NCBI GenBank assembly: GCA_041686025.1
Contig: JAWLEP010000006.1
Coordinates: forward strand, 1,077 to 65,076
Direction: 5' to 3'
DNA: 64,000 bases
Source: Candidatus Fermentibacteraceae bacterium
GTDB taxonomy: Bacteria; Fermentibacterota; Fermentibacteria; Fermentibacterales; JCC-6
Below the pieces are notes generated by a model. The model had not been told where the DNA came from. It did not search any database and saw only the letters and a list, made by a program, of their open reading frames with translations. Numbering within the stretch: position 1 is the first letter of the stretch; each line of letters begins with the position of its first letter. Below are positions 44,471-54,932 of the stretch, in pieces. A program made the position numbers and the translations under genes.

Positions 44471-46135
44471 TCAGGGAAGGAGCACCAGCCTGGCGGTATC
44501 CGTGCTGCCCCCGGAGACCGCCCGGACCAGGTAGACACCCGCGGGGGTGCCTGCGGGGCTCCAGGAGGCGCTGTGGGTACCCGCGGAGAGCATGCCGTCC
44601 ACCGGGGTGGCCACCAGCCGGCCGGAGAGGTCGTGGACGCTGACCACCGTCCTGGCGGCAGAGGCCAGGCTGAGCTGCAGGGAGACCGCTCCCGCCACGG
44701 GATTGGGGCCGGCTATCGACAGCAGCCCGCCGGCTGCCGCCGGGCCGTCCTCAACCCCCGTGTAGCCCACGTCCATGAAGACCTCCACGGTGTCTGCGGT
44801 CTCGGGGACCGGACCCACGTAGACCTGCGTGGGCTGGAAGTCGTAGTCGTCGCTGTCCGGTGTGGTCCAGTGCTCGAAGTACTGGTTGCCCGAGCTGCCG
44901 GGGTAGGGGTCCCCCTGGTCTCCGTTGCTGGTGTACTTCTCCAGCTGCCACAGCCCGTCGGCCTGCTCCAGGGCCAGCCGGTAGTGGCCGTAGTCGGTGT
45001 ATCCCGGGTACCACTGGTTGTCGTTGCTGTTCTGCGTGTCGTCGACGTGCCAGATCAGCACTCCGTGTCCCGGCAGCGCCGCATCGTAGCCGAAGGGCCG
45101 CCGGTTGGACAGCAGGAAGTACTCGTAGCCGCTTCCTCCCTCCGTCCACAGCCTGTATACGGTGCCGGAGGTCTCGATGGCCGGCACCTCGTAGGTGCCG
45201 GCTGCGGTGACGTTGATGGGCTCGGTGAAGCCCAGGTCGATCCTGCTCCAGGCGCAGGGGTGCGCCGGACTCCAGCCTCCGCCGTTGTAGACGCCGTAGG
45301 CCATCAGCCCCCACTTTCCGATCCCGTGGGAGTCGTAGTCGTAGTCGTAGAAGTCCGGCAGGCCGAGCACGTGACCGAACTCGTGGCATATGACGGATGC
45401 GCTCTTGTCCCCTGGGTTGTCGTCGTACTCGTTCTGCACCGAGAAGGAGTAGACGGTTACCCCGTCGAAGTCGATCCCGCCATCGGGAAGCGACCACATG
45501 TGGGGCCAGATCATCTGCGGCGAGCCGTCGAAGGTGCCTGAGTAGATGATGTTGACCCCGTCCACGTAGCCGTCTCCGTCGTTGTCGTAGTCGGCGAAGT
45601 CCACCAGGGGGTCGGCAAGCTCGCAGACGTCCTCCACCAGCCCCTGGGAGTTCTGGGGATAGCTGCCCCAGCCGTAGTTGTCGTCGGCGTAGTAGCTGTA
45701 GCTCTCGGGGGCGCGGTTCCATCCGGTCGCGGAGGGCCAGTTCACCGTAACTATGTCCAGCTGGCCCAGCGAGGACTCGTAGTAGTGGCTGGACAGGGAG
45801 AGGGTGTCGGCCGCGTAGCCCATGGAGTCGAAGTAGACGGCCTCGGTCTGCGCCTCCTTGTCGCTGAAGTCCACCAGGAGTATCAGCACGTTCATCTCCG
45901 TGCTGTCCCTGCCGCCGCTAATGGCTCCCCGTGGTCCGAAGGGGGTCCTGTCGGCGTAGAGGGGGCTGGGGGAGTCCACCCCTCTGCTTCTGGCGTCGGC
46001 GTAGGAATCCAGGTACTGAAGCAGGCTTCCGTCCCGCTGCATGCCCTCGTCGAGGCGCGGGGGAGGGGGCGCCGCCGCCGCCGATCCGACCAGGAGTAGT
46101 GCGGCCATGAGGGCTATAGCTGTTCTTGTCTTCAT
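44471..46135 (-). CDS. M6-family (immune inhibitor A-like) metalloprotease with T9SS C-terminal domain
   Basis: Signal peptide MKTRTAIALMAALLLVGSAAA. Zinc site HEFGHVLGLPDFYD. Tail GPNPVAGAVSLQLSL...VHDLSGRLV...AGVYLVRAV...RLVLLP. Confidence 0.85.
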   Translation of the reverse strand: MKTRTAIALMAALLLVGSAAAAPPPPRLDEGMQRDGSLLQYLDSYADARSRGVDSPSPLYADRTPFGPRGAISGGRDSTEMNVLILLVDFSDKEAQTEAVYFDSMGYAADTLSLSSHYYESSLGQLDIVTVNWPSATGWNRAPESYSYYADDNYGWGSYPQNSQGLVEDVCELADPLVDFADYDNDGDGYVDGVNIIYSGTFDGSPQMIWPHMWSLPDGGIDFDGVTVYSFSVQNEYDDNPGDKSASVICHEFGHVLGLPDFYDYDYDSHGIGKWGLMAYGVYNGGGWSPAHPCAWSRIDLGFTEPINVTAAGTYEVPAIETSGTVYRLWTEGGSGYEYFLLSNRRPFGYDAALPGHGVLIWHVDDTQNSNDNQWYPGYTDYGHYRLALEQADGLWQLEKYTSNGDQGDPYPGSSGNQYFEHWTTPDSDDYDFQPTQVYVGPVPETADTVEVFMDVGYTGVEDGPAAAGGLLSIAGPNPVAGAVSLQLSLASAARTVVSVHDLSGRLVATPVDGMLSAGTHSASWSPAGTPAGVYLVRAVSGGSTDTARLVLLP

Positions 46136-46351
46136 CTTGCAGGCCCTTTCCGATTTCACGCTTGACGGCCGTGTTCGCCGTTATCGTTCTCCTCTGCAGT
46201 CTGCCGCTTATGTGAACGCCTCGGGTGGTCTTCCGTTCCTCGAGGGGTGTTGCTGCCTGTCGCCGTTCAAAATATTCTAAGCCCTCCACAGCAATCAGGC
46301 AATCTTCCCGATTCGGGGAGACGCTGGCGGGACCCGGAGAGGTGGGACGAC

Positions 46352-47194
46352 ATGCGGTACGTAATGGTCCACGGAGGGGCGGGAGCGCCCGCCGACAGGA
46401 TAGAGGGATGCAGCAACGCCGCCTCCGCGGCCATGGAGGTCCTGGAGGTTGGGGGCAGCGCCATGGACGCCGTGGAGGCTGCGGCGGTGGTGCTGGAGGA
46501 CGACCCCGCCTACAACGCCGGCACCGGCTCCCGGCCCCGCATGAGCGGCGAGTGCGAGATGGACGCCGCCGTGATGGGATCCGACGGCGAGATGGGAATC
46601 GTCACCCTTCTCCGCCGGGTGCGCAATCCCGTTAAGGTTGCCCGGCTGGTGATGGAGAGGACGCCCCACCTGGCTTTGGGGGGACAGGGTGCGCTGGATT
46701 TCGCCCGGCGAATGGGCTTCCCGGACTACGATCCCCTCACCGAGAGAAGGAGGGCGCGTCTGCAGAAGGCCCTGAGGCTCCTGCGCGATGGCCGCAGGGG
46801 AGACCCCAGGCTGCTGGAGCTCTTCGGCCCGGGCGACACCATCGGAGCAGTGGCCCTGGACTCCGGCGGCGGCATGGCCGTGGCCAACTCCACCGGCGGC
46901 GTGGAGCTGATGCTGCCGGGCCGGATCGGGGACTCACCCTTCCCCGGCGCCGGCTTCTACTGCGGGCCGGCGGGTGCGGTGGCCACCACCGGGGAGGGGG
47001 AGGCCATCATCCGCAGGATGTCGGCCCTGAGCGTCTACCGCATGCTGGAGGGGGGAGCCTCTCCGGAGGAGGCGTGTCGGCGGGAGGTCGACGTCTATCC
47101 GCAGGGTACCGTCTTCGGCGTGATCGCCGTCACCCCCGAAGGCGCCGGCACGGCCAACAACCGCACCATGCCCACGGTGGCCCTCAGCGGCTGA
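46352..47194 (+). CDS. Isoaspartyl peptidase/L-asparaginase (Ntn-hydrolase, asparaginase-2 family)
   Basis: ATG 46352 follows GGAGAGGTGGGA. HGGAG, NAGTGS and the autoprocessing site GDTIGAVALD are present. Confidence 0.85.
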   Translation: MRYVMVHGGAGAPADRIEGCSNAASAAMEVLEVGGSAMDAVEAAAVVLEDDPAYNAGTGSRPRMSGECEMDAAVMGSDGEMGIVTLLRRVRNPVKVARLVMERTPHLALGGQGALDFARRMGFPDYDPLTERRRARLQKALRLLRDGRRGDPRLLELFGPGDTIGAVALDSGGGMAVANSTGGVELMLPGRIGDSPFPGAGFYCGPAGAVATTGEGEAIIRRMSALSVYRMLEGGASPEEACRREVDVYPQGTVFGVIAVTPEGAGTANNRTMPTVALSG

Positions 47195-47696
47195 TCAGCC
47201 GCAGCAGGGAGAGGGCCGTCCCGGGGTCGTTAACCACCCGATAGGCGCAGGGGCCGTAGAAGCGGCTGTGGTGGATGGGTCCGCCGCGGTCGCGGCAGCG
47301 GTGGAGGCGGCGGGCGGAGAAAGGGATCGCGGCCTCCTCGGCCAGCTCCGCCGCCCGGCGCAGAAGCTCGAGGAAACCGTCCCTGCTTCCCTCAAGCAGC
47401 GGCTGCCCGGCCAGCAGCTCGAACAGGGCCTCCGCATCGCATCCCCGCAGCCGCAGAGGCAGCAGGTGCGCGCGCCAGACGCCCCCCTGCGGCGAGATCG
47501 GCTGCAGGGGAGGCTCTAACCTGGGGGACTCGGGATCGAGACCGTCCCACTCGGACCGCAGCCCCTCCAGGAAGCCCCGCCTGTCCTCCAGCAGATGATC
47601 CCCGCCCATGGCGGCCTGGTAGAGGAGCTTCGTCAGGTCCCTCTCGTTCATCCGCGGCCTCATGGACCGCTCCTGCAGGATCAGTCCCTGCAGCAT
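47184..47696 (-). CDS. Hypothetical protein
   Basis: 170-aa ORF with plausible composition (DLTKLLYQAAMGGDHLL...). I recognise no family. It overlaps the asparaginase 3' end by 11 nt in convergent orientation. Confidence 0.45.
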   Translation of the reverse strand: MLQGLILQERSMRPRMNERDLTKLLYQAAMGGDHLLEDRRGFLEGLRSEWDGLDPESPRLEPPLQPISPQGGVWRAHLLPLRLRGCDAEALFELLAGQPLLEGSRDGFLELLRRAAELAEEAAIPFSARRLHRCRDRGGPIHHSRFYGPCAYRVVNDPGTALSLLRLISR

Positions 47697-47819
47697 GCCG
47701 CACCTCCCTCCGTGCCGGAACGGGACTTGCCGTCTTCGACTCGGCCGTGCAGTCTACAATAGGAACCCCGGCGGCCCGGGCACAGTACCACGCTCCGGGC
47801 GCACAGCGGAAGGAGCGAA

Positions 47820-48512
47820 ATGCGCGTTCTGACGAGGACAGCGTTTCTGACGGTTGCCCTGGCGGCCTCCTGCGCCCACTCACAGGAGGCGGTGTCCCCC
47901 CTGCCGGAGCCGGACAGGGAAGGCGGCACCAGCATCGAGGAGGCCCTGGAGGCGCGGCGGTCGGTCCGGCGCTACTCCGACCGGCCCCTGACCCTGGCGG
48001 AGGTGGGCCAGCTGCTCTGGGCGGCCCAGGGAATCACATCGCAGCGGGACTTCAGGACGGCACCGTCCGCCGGCGCCCTGTTCCCCTTCACGGTCTACCT
48101 GGTGGCCGGGGAGGTGGAGGGGCTGGAAGCCGGAGCCTACAGGTACTTGCCGGAGGAGCATGGACTGGAGCCGGTGGCCTCCGGGGACCGCAGGGCCGAC
48201 CTCCAGCGTGCCTGCCTGGACCAGGGATGCGTGGGGTCCGCCCCGGCGTCCCTGGTCCTGGTGGCAGAGCCCTCGGTGACAACGTCCGTCTACAGCGGTC
48301 GGGGAATGATATACGTTCACATGGAGGCTGGACACATATCCCAGAACGTCTACCTGCAGTGCGAGTCCCTGGGCCTGGGAACGGTGGCGGTGGGTGCCCT
48401 GGACCCTGCAGGCCTGCGGGACGTACTGGGGCTCTCCGAGGAGCTGGTCCCGCTGTACGTGATGCCCCTGGGAGCGTTGCCCCAGCGGGCTGGCGGGGGC
48501 GGACGGGCATGA
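47820..48512 (+). CDS. SagB/ThcOx-type nitroreductase-family protein with lipoprotein-like signal
   Basis: GGAAGGAG SD. N-terminus MRVLTRTAFLTVALAASC. RRSVRRYSD, LLWAAQG and PSAGALFP are typical nitroreductase/SagB motifs. Confidence 0.75.
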   Translation: MRVLTRTAFLTVALAASCAHSQEAVSPLPEPDREGGTSIEEALEARRSVRRYSDRPLTLAEVGQLLWAAQGITSQRDFRTAPSAGALFPFTVYLVAGEVEGLEAGAYRYLPEEHGLEPVASGDRRADLQRACLDQGCVGSAPASLVLVAEPSVTTSVYSGRGMIYVHMEAGHISQNVYLQCESLGLGTVAVGALDPAGLRDVLGLSEELVPLYVMPLGALPQRAGGGGRA

Positions 48513-48557
48513 ATATATCCGTCCCGGGGTAGTATTGGTTTTCAGAGGGGGTTGAGG

Positions 48558-49775
48558 ATGTCCACGATGGTCTCCACTGGCCTGGCGGGTGGGGAGAACG
48601 GGGCCGAGGCGGCTTCTGCCGCGCTGGCCGAAGCCCTGCAGGACCTGGAGGGCCGGCCGGACCTGGCCCTGGTCTACTCGTCGTCGGAGCTGGACTACGA
48701 CTGCGTACTGAAGGCGGTGGCCTCCGAGCTGGGAGACGTACCGGTGGTGGGCTGCTCCACGGCGGGTCAGTTCACCGAGAGGGAACTGGGACGAAAGACC
48801 GTCTCCGTGGCGCTGATGAGATCGGATTCCATAGTCTTCTCCACCGCCATGGCCCGGGGCCTCTCCGGCGGCCAGGAAGCGGTGGTCCGCTCCCTGGCCA
48901 AGGCCGTCCCGGAGGTGCCGGAGGGGCACCAGCTGACCGCAATCCTCCTGGTGGACGGCCTGTCGGGAGCCGGCGAGGAGCTCACAGTGATGGCCGCCAG
49001 GGTCTTCGAGGGCTTCGCGGGCTGCCCGGTGAGGCTGGTGGGGGGCTTTGCGGGCGACGATCTGGCCTTCCGGGGCACCGAGGTGTTCTGCGGGGTCGAG
49101 CACGCTCCGGACTCCGCGGCAGTCTGCTTCATGGTGACGCCCTTTCCCCTCTTCACCTCGGTATGGCACGGCCACACCCCCCTCAGCGGCCCCCTTACCG
49201 TAACCTCCGCCAGCGGGAACGTGGTCCGGGAGATCGACGGCATCAACGCCTGGGAGGTCTGGCGCAGGGAGACCGAGCCGTACCTGGACAGGCTGGGGGA
49301 GGAGCTGGACATCGACGATCCGGTGACCATAACCCGGCTCATCCTGGGCAACTTCGAGCTGGGGCTGGCCGCAGGCGATGAGGGCAGGTACAAGATACGC
49401 TTCCCCATGAAGCTGGAGGACGACGGCTCCCTGGTCTTCACCTGCGCCATCCCCCAGGGCTCGGTGTTCCGCATAATGGACGGCTGCGACACCGACGAGC
49501 AGATCGCGGCATCGAGGAAGGCGGCCGGGCAGGCGGTCCGGCGCGCCCGGGAGGCCGGGTACTCCCGCTTCTCCGGGGCCATGGTCTTCGAGTGCGGGCT
49601 GCGGATGGCCCTGCTGCGGGAGCGGTTCATAAGGTCCATTGAGGGCTACAGGGAGACCCTTCCGGGGACCCCCCTGATAGGGTGGGAGACCTACGGAGAG
49701 ATAAGGATGGAACCCGGTGGATACAGCGGCTTCCACAACACCACAACCGTGATGATGCTGATTCCGGAGTGCTGA
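48558..49775 (+). CDS. FIST N/C-domain sensory protein
   Basis: PDLALVYSS...VPVVGCSTAGQF and the GWETYGEI...FHNTTTVMMLI tail are the FIST_N/FIST_C pattern. It lies immediately upstream of a histidine kinase. Confidence 0.8.
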   Translation: MSTMVSTGLAGGENGAEAASAALAEALQDLEGRPDLALVYSSSELDYDCVLKAVASELGDVPVVGCSTAGQFTERELGRKTVSVALMRSDSIVFSTAMARGLSGGQEAVVRSLAKAVPEVPEGHQLTAILLVDGLSGAGEELTVMAARVFEGFAGCPVRLVGGFAGDDLAFRGTEVFCGVEHAPDSAAVCFMVTPFPLFTSVWHGHTPLSGPLTVTSASGNVVREIDGINAWEVWRRETEPYLDRLGEELDIDDPVTITRLILGNFELGLAAGDEGRYKIRFPMKLEDDGSLVFTCAIPQGSVFRIMDGCDTDEQIAASRKAAGQAVRRAREAGYSRFSGAMVFECGLRMALLRERFIRSIEGYRETLPGTPLIGWETYGEIRMEPGGYSGFHNTTTVMMLIPEC

Positions 49776-49776
49776 G

Positions 49777-51597
49777 ATGGATGTGATAGCCCAGCTCTCC
49801 CGCACCTTCGGCGCCTCCCTCTCGGTATCCAGGGAGGAGCTGGAGCGGGCACTGGCCGAGAGCACGGGCATGGAGGCCGCCCGCAGGGTGGTCCGCCGCT
49901 GCATGGATTCGGCGGGGGTGGGCTACGCCGAGCGGATGAGCGAGCGGGACGTGGAGAGGGTCTGCTCGGTTCTGATGGAGGAGGGCGGACTCATCAGGCT
50001 GGTGGCCGAGAGCTTCCTCGCAGGCGTGGAGAGGCGGATGCTGAGGAAGGTGGAGGGGGCCCTCTGGCAGTCGAAGGAGATGCTGGGCAACCTCCTGGAG
50101 AGCATACCCAGCATCATCTACCTGGCCGACACCAGGGGGAGGATAATCCTGGTGAACGCCGCCTTCGAGGAGCTGGCAGGAAGGGTCCGTGAGGAGATCA
50201 TCGGCCTGCCCGTCGGTGACGCCCTGCCGGGCATTCCGAAGAGCAACGCCGAGATCGACGCCCGGGTCATGGAGGGCCAGCGGCCGGTAACCCACGAGGC
50301 CGCCCTGCGGCGAAACGGAGAGACGGTCCACCTCTCCTGCGTCAAGACTCCGGTGCGGGACAACTCCGGCCGGACCATGGGGGTCATGGGGATACTCAGG
50401 GACGTCACCGAGAAGCAGAGGACCGACGAGGAGCTCCTGAGGGCCGTCAAGCTGGAGTCCGTCGGCGTGCTGGCCGGAGGCATAGCCCACGACTTCAACA
50501 ACCTGCTCACCGCCATTCTGGGAAGCGTCTCCCTGGCCAGGCTGAAGCTTGCCCGGGGAGACGACGTGGCCGACATGCTGGACGAGGTGCAGCGGGCGGC
50601 CATCCGGGCCAGGGACCTTACCCAGAAGCTGCTCACCTTCAGCCGCGGCGGCGCCCCGGTGAAGAAGCGCATGGACCTCTGCAGGCTGCTGCGGGAGTCC
50701 ACCGAGCTCGCCCTGAGCGGTTCCCGGGTCAGCTCCCACGTGCAGCTGCCGGAGGACCTCCACACAGTGGAGTGCGACAGGGGTCAGATAGCCCAGGTGG
50801 TGCACAACCTGGTGGTTAACGCCGCCCAGGCCATGGAGAAGGGTGGGGTGGTGGAGGTAAGGGCCCGCAACGTGAAGGTGGCGGACGTCAGGGAGGCTTC
50901 CGGGTCCGAGGCCGGACGCCGGCCGGCCGAGAGGCTCCCCATCCCCTCCGGCGAGTACGTGCGCTTCAGCGTATCCGACAGCGGCCCCGGCATTCCGGCC
51001 AGGATCCGGGACCGTGTCTTCGACCCCTACTTCACCCGCAGCGAGAACCGGTCCGGCCTGGGGCTCACCACGGCCTACAACGTGGTGCGCCGGCACGGCG
51101 GACACATCCGCTTCGACACCTCCGAAGGCACCGGCACCACGTTCTACGTGTACCTCCCCTCGGCGGGCGAGGAGCCGGCGGCAGAGGCGCGGCGGTCCGT
51201 GGCAGGCGGATCCAGAGCGGCCAGGGTGCTTCTCATGGACGACGAGGAGATCGTACTGGAGGTGGCGGCGGAGATGCTGGGCTACCTGGGCTTCGAGGTC
51301 ACCACCGCCGGCAGCGGCGAGGAGGTCCTGGAGCTGTACGCCGGCGCCCGCGAGCGGGGCGAGCCCTTCGATCTGGTGATGCTGGACCTCACCGTAGCCG
51401 GGGGAATGGGAGGCGAGGAGACCATCGGGCGCCTGAGGGAGACCGACCCCTCCGTGCGGGCGATAGTGTCCAGCGGCTATTCCAACAACCCGGTGATGTC
51501 CGACTACCGGAGCTACGGTTTCAGCGGCGTGGTGGCCAAGCCGTACAGGATAGAGCAGCTTCAGACGGTCATAGACCGGGTTCTGATAGAGACCTGA
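49777..51597 (+). CDS. PAS-domain hybrid histidine kinase/response regulator
   Basis: PAS region (IIYLADTRGRIILVNAAFEEL). H-box GGIAHDFNNLL. HATPase motifs (NLVVNAAQAM, GLGLTTAYNVV). REC domain (VLLMDDEE...LVMLDLTVAGGMGG). Confidence 0.9.
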   Translation: MDVIAQLSRTFGASLSVSREELERALAESTGMEAARRVVRRCMDSAGVGYAERMSERDVERVCSVLMEEGGLIRLVAESFLAGVERRMLRKVEGALWQSKEMLGNLLESIPSIIYLADTRGRIILVNAAFEELAGRVREEIIGLPVGDALPGIPKSNAEIDARVMEGQRPVTHEAALRRNGETVHLSCVKTPVRDNSGRTMGVMGILRDVTEKQRTDEELLRAVKLESVGVLAGGIAHDFNNLLTAILGSVSLARLKLARGDDVADMLDEVQRAAIRARDLTQKLLTFSRGGAPVKKRMDLCRLLRESTELALSGSRVSSHVQLPEDLHTVECDRGQIAQVVHNLVVNAAQAMEKGGVVEVRARNVKVADVREASGSEAGRRPAERLPIPSGEYVRFSVSDSGPGIPARIRDRVFDPYFTRSENRSGLGLTTAYNVVRRHGGHIRFDTSEGTGTTFYVYLPSAGEEPAAEARRSVAGGSRAARVLLMDDEEIVLEVAAEMLGYLGFEVTTAGSGEEVLELYAGARERGEPFDLVMLDLTVAGGMGGEETIGRLRETDPSVRAIVSSGYSNNPVMSDYRSYGFSGVVAKPYRIEQLQTVIDRVLIET

Positions 51598-51636
51598 GCA
51601 GGGCCGGAGGCCGGCCCGCCATTCCCGGAGGTGGAG

Positions 51637-53058
51637 ATGCCACTGTCATCGCAGAAGACCAAGATCGTGTGCACCATAGGCCCGGCCTGCTCCCGGCCGG
51701 AGGTGCTGGCGAACATGACCCGCAGCGGCATGGGGGTGGCCAGGCTCAACTTCGCCCACGGGGACCGGGAGTCCATGAGCGAGATGATCCGGGACCTGGA
51801 CGGTGTTTCCCGGGAAACCGGGCGCAGGATCACCATACTGGCCGACCTGGCCGGCCCCAAGGTGCGGGTGGGGGAGCTGCCGCAGGGAAGCCTGGAGCTG
51901 AAGCGGGGCGAGAAGGTGACCCTGGTCTCGGGCCGGGCCGGAGACCCCTCCGGGATACCACTGGGGGCCGCAGGGATTGTGGACCGGCTGGAGCCCGGAG
52001 ACGCGGTGTACATGAACGACGGCTTCATCCTGCTGCGGGTGAGCGAAGTCGAAGGGAGCCGGGCGTCGTGCACGGTGGAGACCGGCGGCCTCCTCTTCTC
52101 CGGCAAGGGCGTCAACGTGCCGGGAAGGGACCTGGGCCTGGAGACCCTCACCGATGAGGACCGGGACTGGATAGAGTTCGCCGCCGGGAAGGGCATAGAT
52201 GCCCTCAGCGTGTCCTTCGTAAGGGACGCCGACGACATCGAGCAGGTCCGCGAACTGGCCGCCGGGCACGGCTACCGTCCGTTCCTGGTGGCCAAGATCG
52301 AGCGTGCGCAGGCGCTGGCCAACCTGGAGGGCATACTGGATGCCGCCGACGGCCTCATGGTGGCCCGGGGCGACCTGGGTGTGGAGACCGAGATCGAGAG
52401 GATCGCCCTGGTCCAGAAGACCCTGATCCGCCGGGCCAGGTACGCGGAGAAGCCGGTGATCACCGCCACCCAGATGCTGGAGTCCATGGTCTCCAATCCC
52501 CGGCCCACCAGGGCCGAGGCCACCGACGTGGCCAACGCGGTCCTGGACGGCACCGACTGCCTCATGCTGTCCGAGGAGACGGCCATGGGCCAGTATCCGG
52601 TGGAGTCGGTTGTCACCATGGCCAGGATAGCGGGCCTCACCGAGGAGCGTATGGCCCGGGACCCGGGCTTCGCCGACACCATCCGCTGGGACCGCGGCCC
52701 CCGCCGCGACGTCAGGGACCTGGTTGTGGACAGCATCAGGACCATAGTGGACGCCAGCGAGCCGGTTGCCGTGGTTACCCCCACCAGCGGCGGCACCACC
52801 CCCCGCAAGATATCCCGGCACAGGCTTCCGGTGTGGGTGGTGGCGGTGACCACCGGGGAGCAGACCTTCAAAGAGCTGGGCCTCTCCTGGGGCGTCCATT
52901 CGGTGCTGGTGGACAAGCGGCCCCCGGGCTGGGAGGAGTTCGCCGCCGACTGGCTCAGGCGGCAGGGCATCGAAAGCGGAATGGTGATACTGACGGAGGG
53001 AAGCTCGGCCGCCGACGCCGACGCCGTCAGCCGGATGGAGATAATCAGCCTGGACTGA
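51637..53058 (+). CDS. pyk: Pyruvate kinase
   Basis: KTKIVCTIGPA, ARLNFAHG, the LADLAGPKVRVG motif, MVARGDLGVE and the MLSEETA motif are present. ATG 51637 follows GGAGGTGGAG. Confidence 0.9.
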   Translation: MPLSSQKTKIVCTIGPACSRPEVLANMTRSGMGVARLNFAHGDRESMSEMIRDLDGVSRETGRRITILADLAGPKVRVGELPQGSLELKRGEKVTLVSGRAGDPSGIPLGAAGIVDRLEPGDAVYMNDGFILLRVSEVEGSRASCTVETGGLLFSGKGVNVPGRDLGLETLTDEDRDWIEFAAGKGIDALSVSFVRDADDIEQVRELAAGHGYRPFLVAKIERAQALANLEGILDAADGLMVARGDLGVETEIERIALVQKTLIRRARYAEKPVITATQMLESMVSNPRPTRAEATDVANAVLDGTDCLMLSEETAMGQYPVESVVTMARIAGLTEERMARDPGFADTIRWDRGPRRDVRDLVVDSIRTIVDASEPVAVVTPTSGGTTPRKISRHRLPVWVVAVTTGEQTFKELGLSWGVHSVLVDKRPPGWEEFAADWLRRQGIESGMVILTEGSSAADADAVSRMEIISLD

Positions 53059-53141
53059 CCTCCCGGTCGGGGTGTTTCAGGCCCGCCGGGGCTTCTATAT
53101 ACTCCAGGCTGAAAGCCTGCCAGCAATGAAAGGAGCAGTCG

Positions 53142-53678
53142 ATGCAAGTTCTGCGATTTCTGCCGGCGCTGATGCTACTGGCTTCCACCGCGGCCTGCCA
53201 CGATGCGGGGGAGGCAACCGCCCGGATCGAGGAGGGTGGCTGGAAATCGGTGCAGATAGAGGAGGTCAGGGTCGCCTGGCTGGAGATGGAGGAGACCTAC
53301 CGGTTCACGGTATCCGCTCCCACAACCGGTTGGGTGGCACTGGGATTCGGTGGCGGCCCCGCCATGCAGGACGCCGCCATCGTCATAGGTTACGAGGGAG
53401 ACGATGGAGAGGCTGCGGTCCGCGACGACCACGGAACATCTCCCGTAACCCACGAGCCGGACACCGAGCTGGGCGGGACCGACGACGTCAGCGAGGTGAG
53501 GGCGGAGCAGAAGGATGGCAGGACGGAGATCTCCTTCGTGGTCCCCCGGGAGCCCGCCGACGACCTGGACCCGGAGCTGTCCCCCGGAATGACCCTGAGG
53601 CTGATAGTGGCCTACGGCGATGATGACGCCTTCACCGGCATGCACAGCGCGGCGCACTCCTCGGAGGTAACGCTCTAG
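53142..53678 (+). CDS. DOMON-like domain lipoprotein
   Basis: AAAGGAG SD. Lipobox LLASTAAC. GWVALGFGGGPAMQDAAIVIG is a DOMON-type strand pattern. The family call is tentative. Confidence 0.55.
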   Translation: MQVLRFLPALMLLASTAACHDAGEATARIEEGGWKSVQIEEVRVAWLEMEETYRFTVSAPTTGWVALGFGGGPAMQDAAIVIGYEGDDGEAAVRDDHGTSPVTHEPDTELGGTDDVSEVRAEQKDGRTEISFVVPREPADDLDPELSPGMTLRLIVAYGDDDAFTGMHSAAHSSEVTL

Positions 53679-53768
53679 AGGGGCCGGGAGATAGCCCGGA
53701 AGAGAAGACGCCCGCGTTGCCGCCCGGCTGGGCTCGGGCGGGACGCGGAAAGACGGAGAGGACCCACA

Positions 53769-54932
53769 TTGTCCAAGGAGTTCAGCTGCCCCTCCTGCGG
53801 AGCCGACCTGAAGCTGAAGGGGGACGAGACCCACGTCTGCTGCCCCTACTGCGAGAGCACGGTCCTCGTCCCCGACGAGTACCGCGACAGCCCCGAGCAG
53901 CCGCGGCAGCAGCGGGAGACCACAATCCCTCCCGATTACACGGCCGCACAGCAGGCGGCCATGCAGCAGGCGGCGAAATCGGCGAAGTTCGGAAGGTGGC
54001 TGGGCTGCCTGCTTCCCCTGGTGATAATCGGGTTCGTCCTGTTCATGAACTACCAGTTCAACCCCGCCGTTCGGGGTATGTTCGGCGGCGCGGTGGAGAA
54101 GGCGGCCTCCAGCGTGGGTCTGGCCGAGGGCAGCGAGCTGCTGAGCTTCGGGGGAGAGGGCACCGGCGCCGGCCTGTTCGAGGACGCCCGTAGCGTCACC
54201 AGCGATGCCGACGGCAACATATACGTGGCCGAGTACGGCAGCGGCCGCGTCCAGGTCTTCGATGGCGAGGGCGAATTTCAGAACCAGTGGTTCGTGGGCG
54301 AGGGAGAAGACGTGTACATAGCGGGCATGGACGCCACCGCCGACGGCAGGCTGGCCGTTACCTACGGAAGCGAGCTGTGGCTGCTGGACGGGGAGACCGG
54401 GGAGCCGCTGCGGCAGCTGGAGCATCCGGACGGATGGGGCTTCGACGACGTCTGCGTCGCCGATGACGGGTCCATCGTAGCCACCTGGTACAAGAACCGC
54501 GACGACCTGGTCCGCTTCAGCCCCGACGGCAAGCTGGACCTGCACATCACCGAGGTGGTGAGCGGCGTCACCGGCGACTCCGAGCTGGACGCCAACGTGG
54601 CGGTGGACGGCCGGGGCGCCATGTACGTGCTGGGCACCTTCAACGGCGGCGTGGTGAAGTACACCAGGACGGGGGAGTTCCGCAACAGGTTCGGCTCCGA
54701 GGGCGACGCCGAGGGCCAGTTCAGAAGTCCCGGCGCCGTGGCGGTGGACGGCCAGGGCAACCTTCACGTGGCGGACATATTCGGGGTCAAGGTCTACGCC
54801 CCCGACGGCAGGTACCTGGACACCTGGATCGAGGGGGGCTACGTGTACGACATGGACTTCCGCGACGGCCGAATGTACACGGTGAGCAACGAGGAGAAGG
54901 TCCGGGTCCTGAGGGTGCCGGAGTTCGAGTAG
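53769..54932 (+). CDS. Zinc-ribbon / single-TM / NHL-repeat beta-propeller protein
   Basis: TTG start after GGAGAGGA. CPSCG-x13-CCPYC ribbon, TM segment WLGCLLPLVIIGFVLF, then NHL blades (DADGNIYVAEYGSGRVQVFD, DGRGAMYVL, DGQGNLHVAD). Confidence 0.7.
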   Translation: MSKEFSCPSCGADLKLKGDETHVCCPYCESTVLVPDEYRDSPEQPRQQRETTIPPDYTAAQQAAMQQAAKSAKFGRWLGCLLPLVIIGFVLFMNYQFNPAVRGMFGGAVEKAASSVGLAEGSELLSFGGEGTGAGLFEDARSVTSDADGNIYVAEYGSGRVQVFDGEGEFQNQWFVGEGEDVYIAGMDATADGRLAVTYGSELWLLDGETGEPLRQLEHPDGWGFDDVCVADDGSIVATWYKNRDDLVRFSPDGKLDLHITEVVSGVTGDSELDANVAVDGRGAMYVLGTFNGGVVKYTRTGEFRNRFGSEGDAEGQFRSPGAVAVDGQGNLHVADIFGVKVYAPDGRYLDTWIEGGYVYDMDFRDGRMYTVSNEEKVRVLRVPEFE

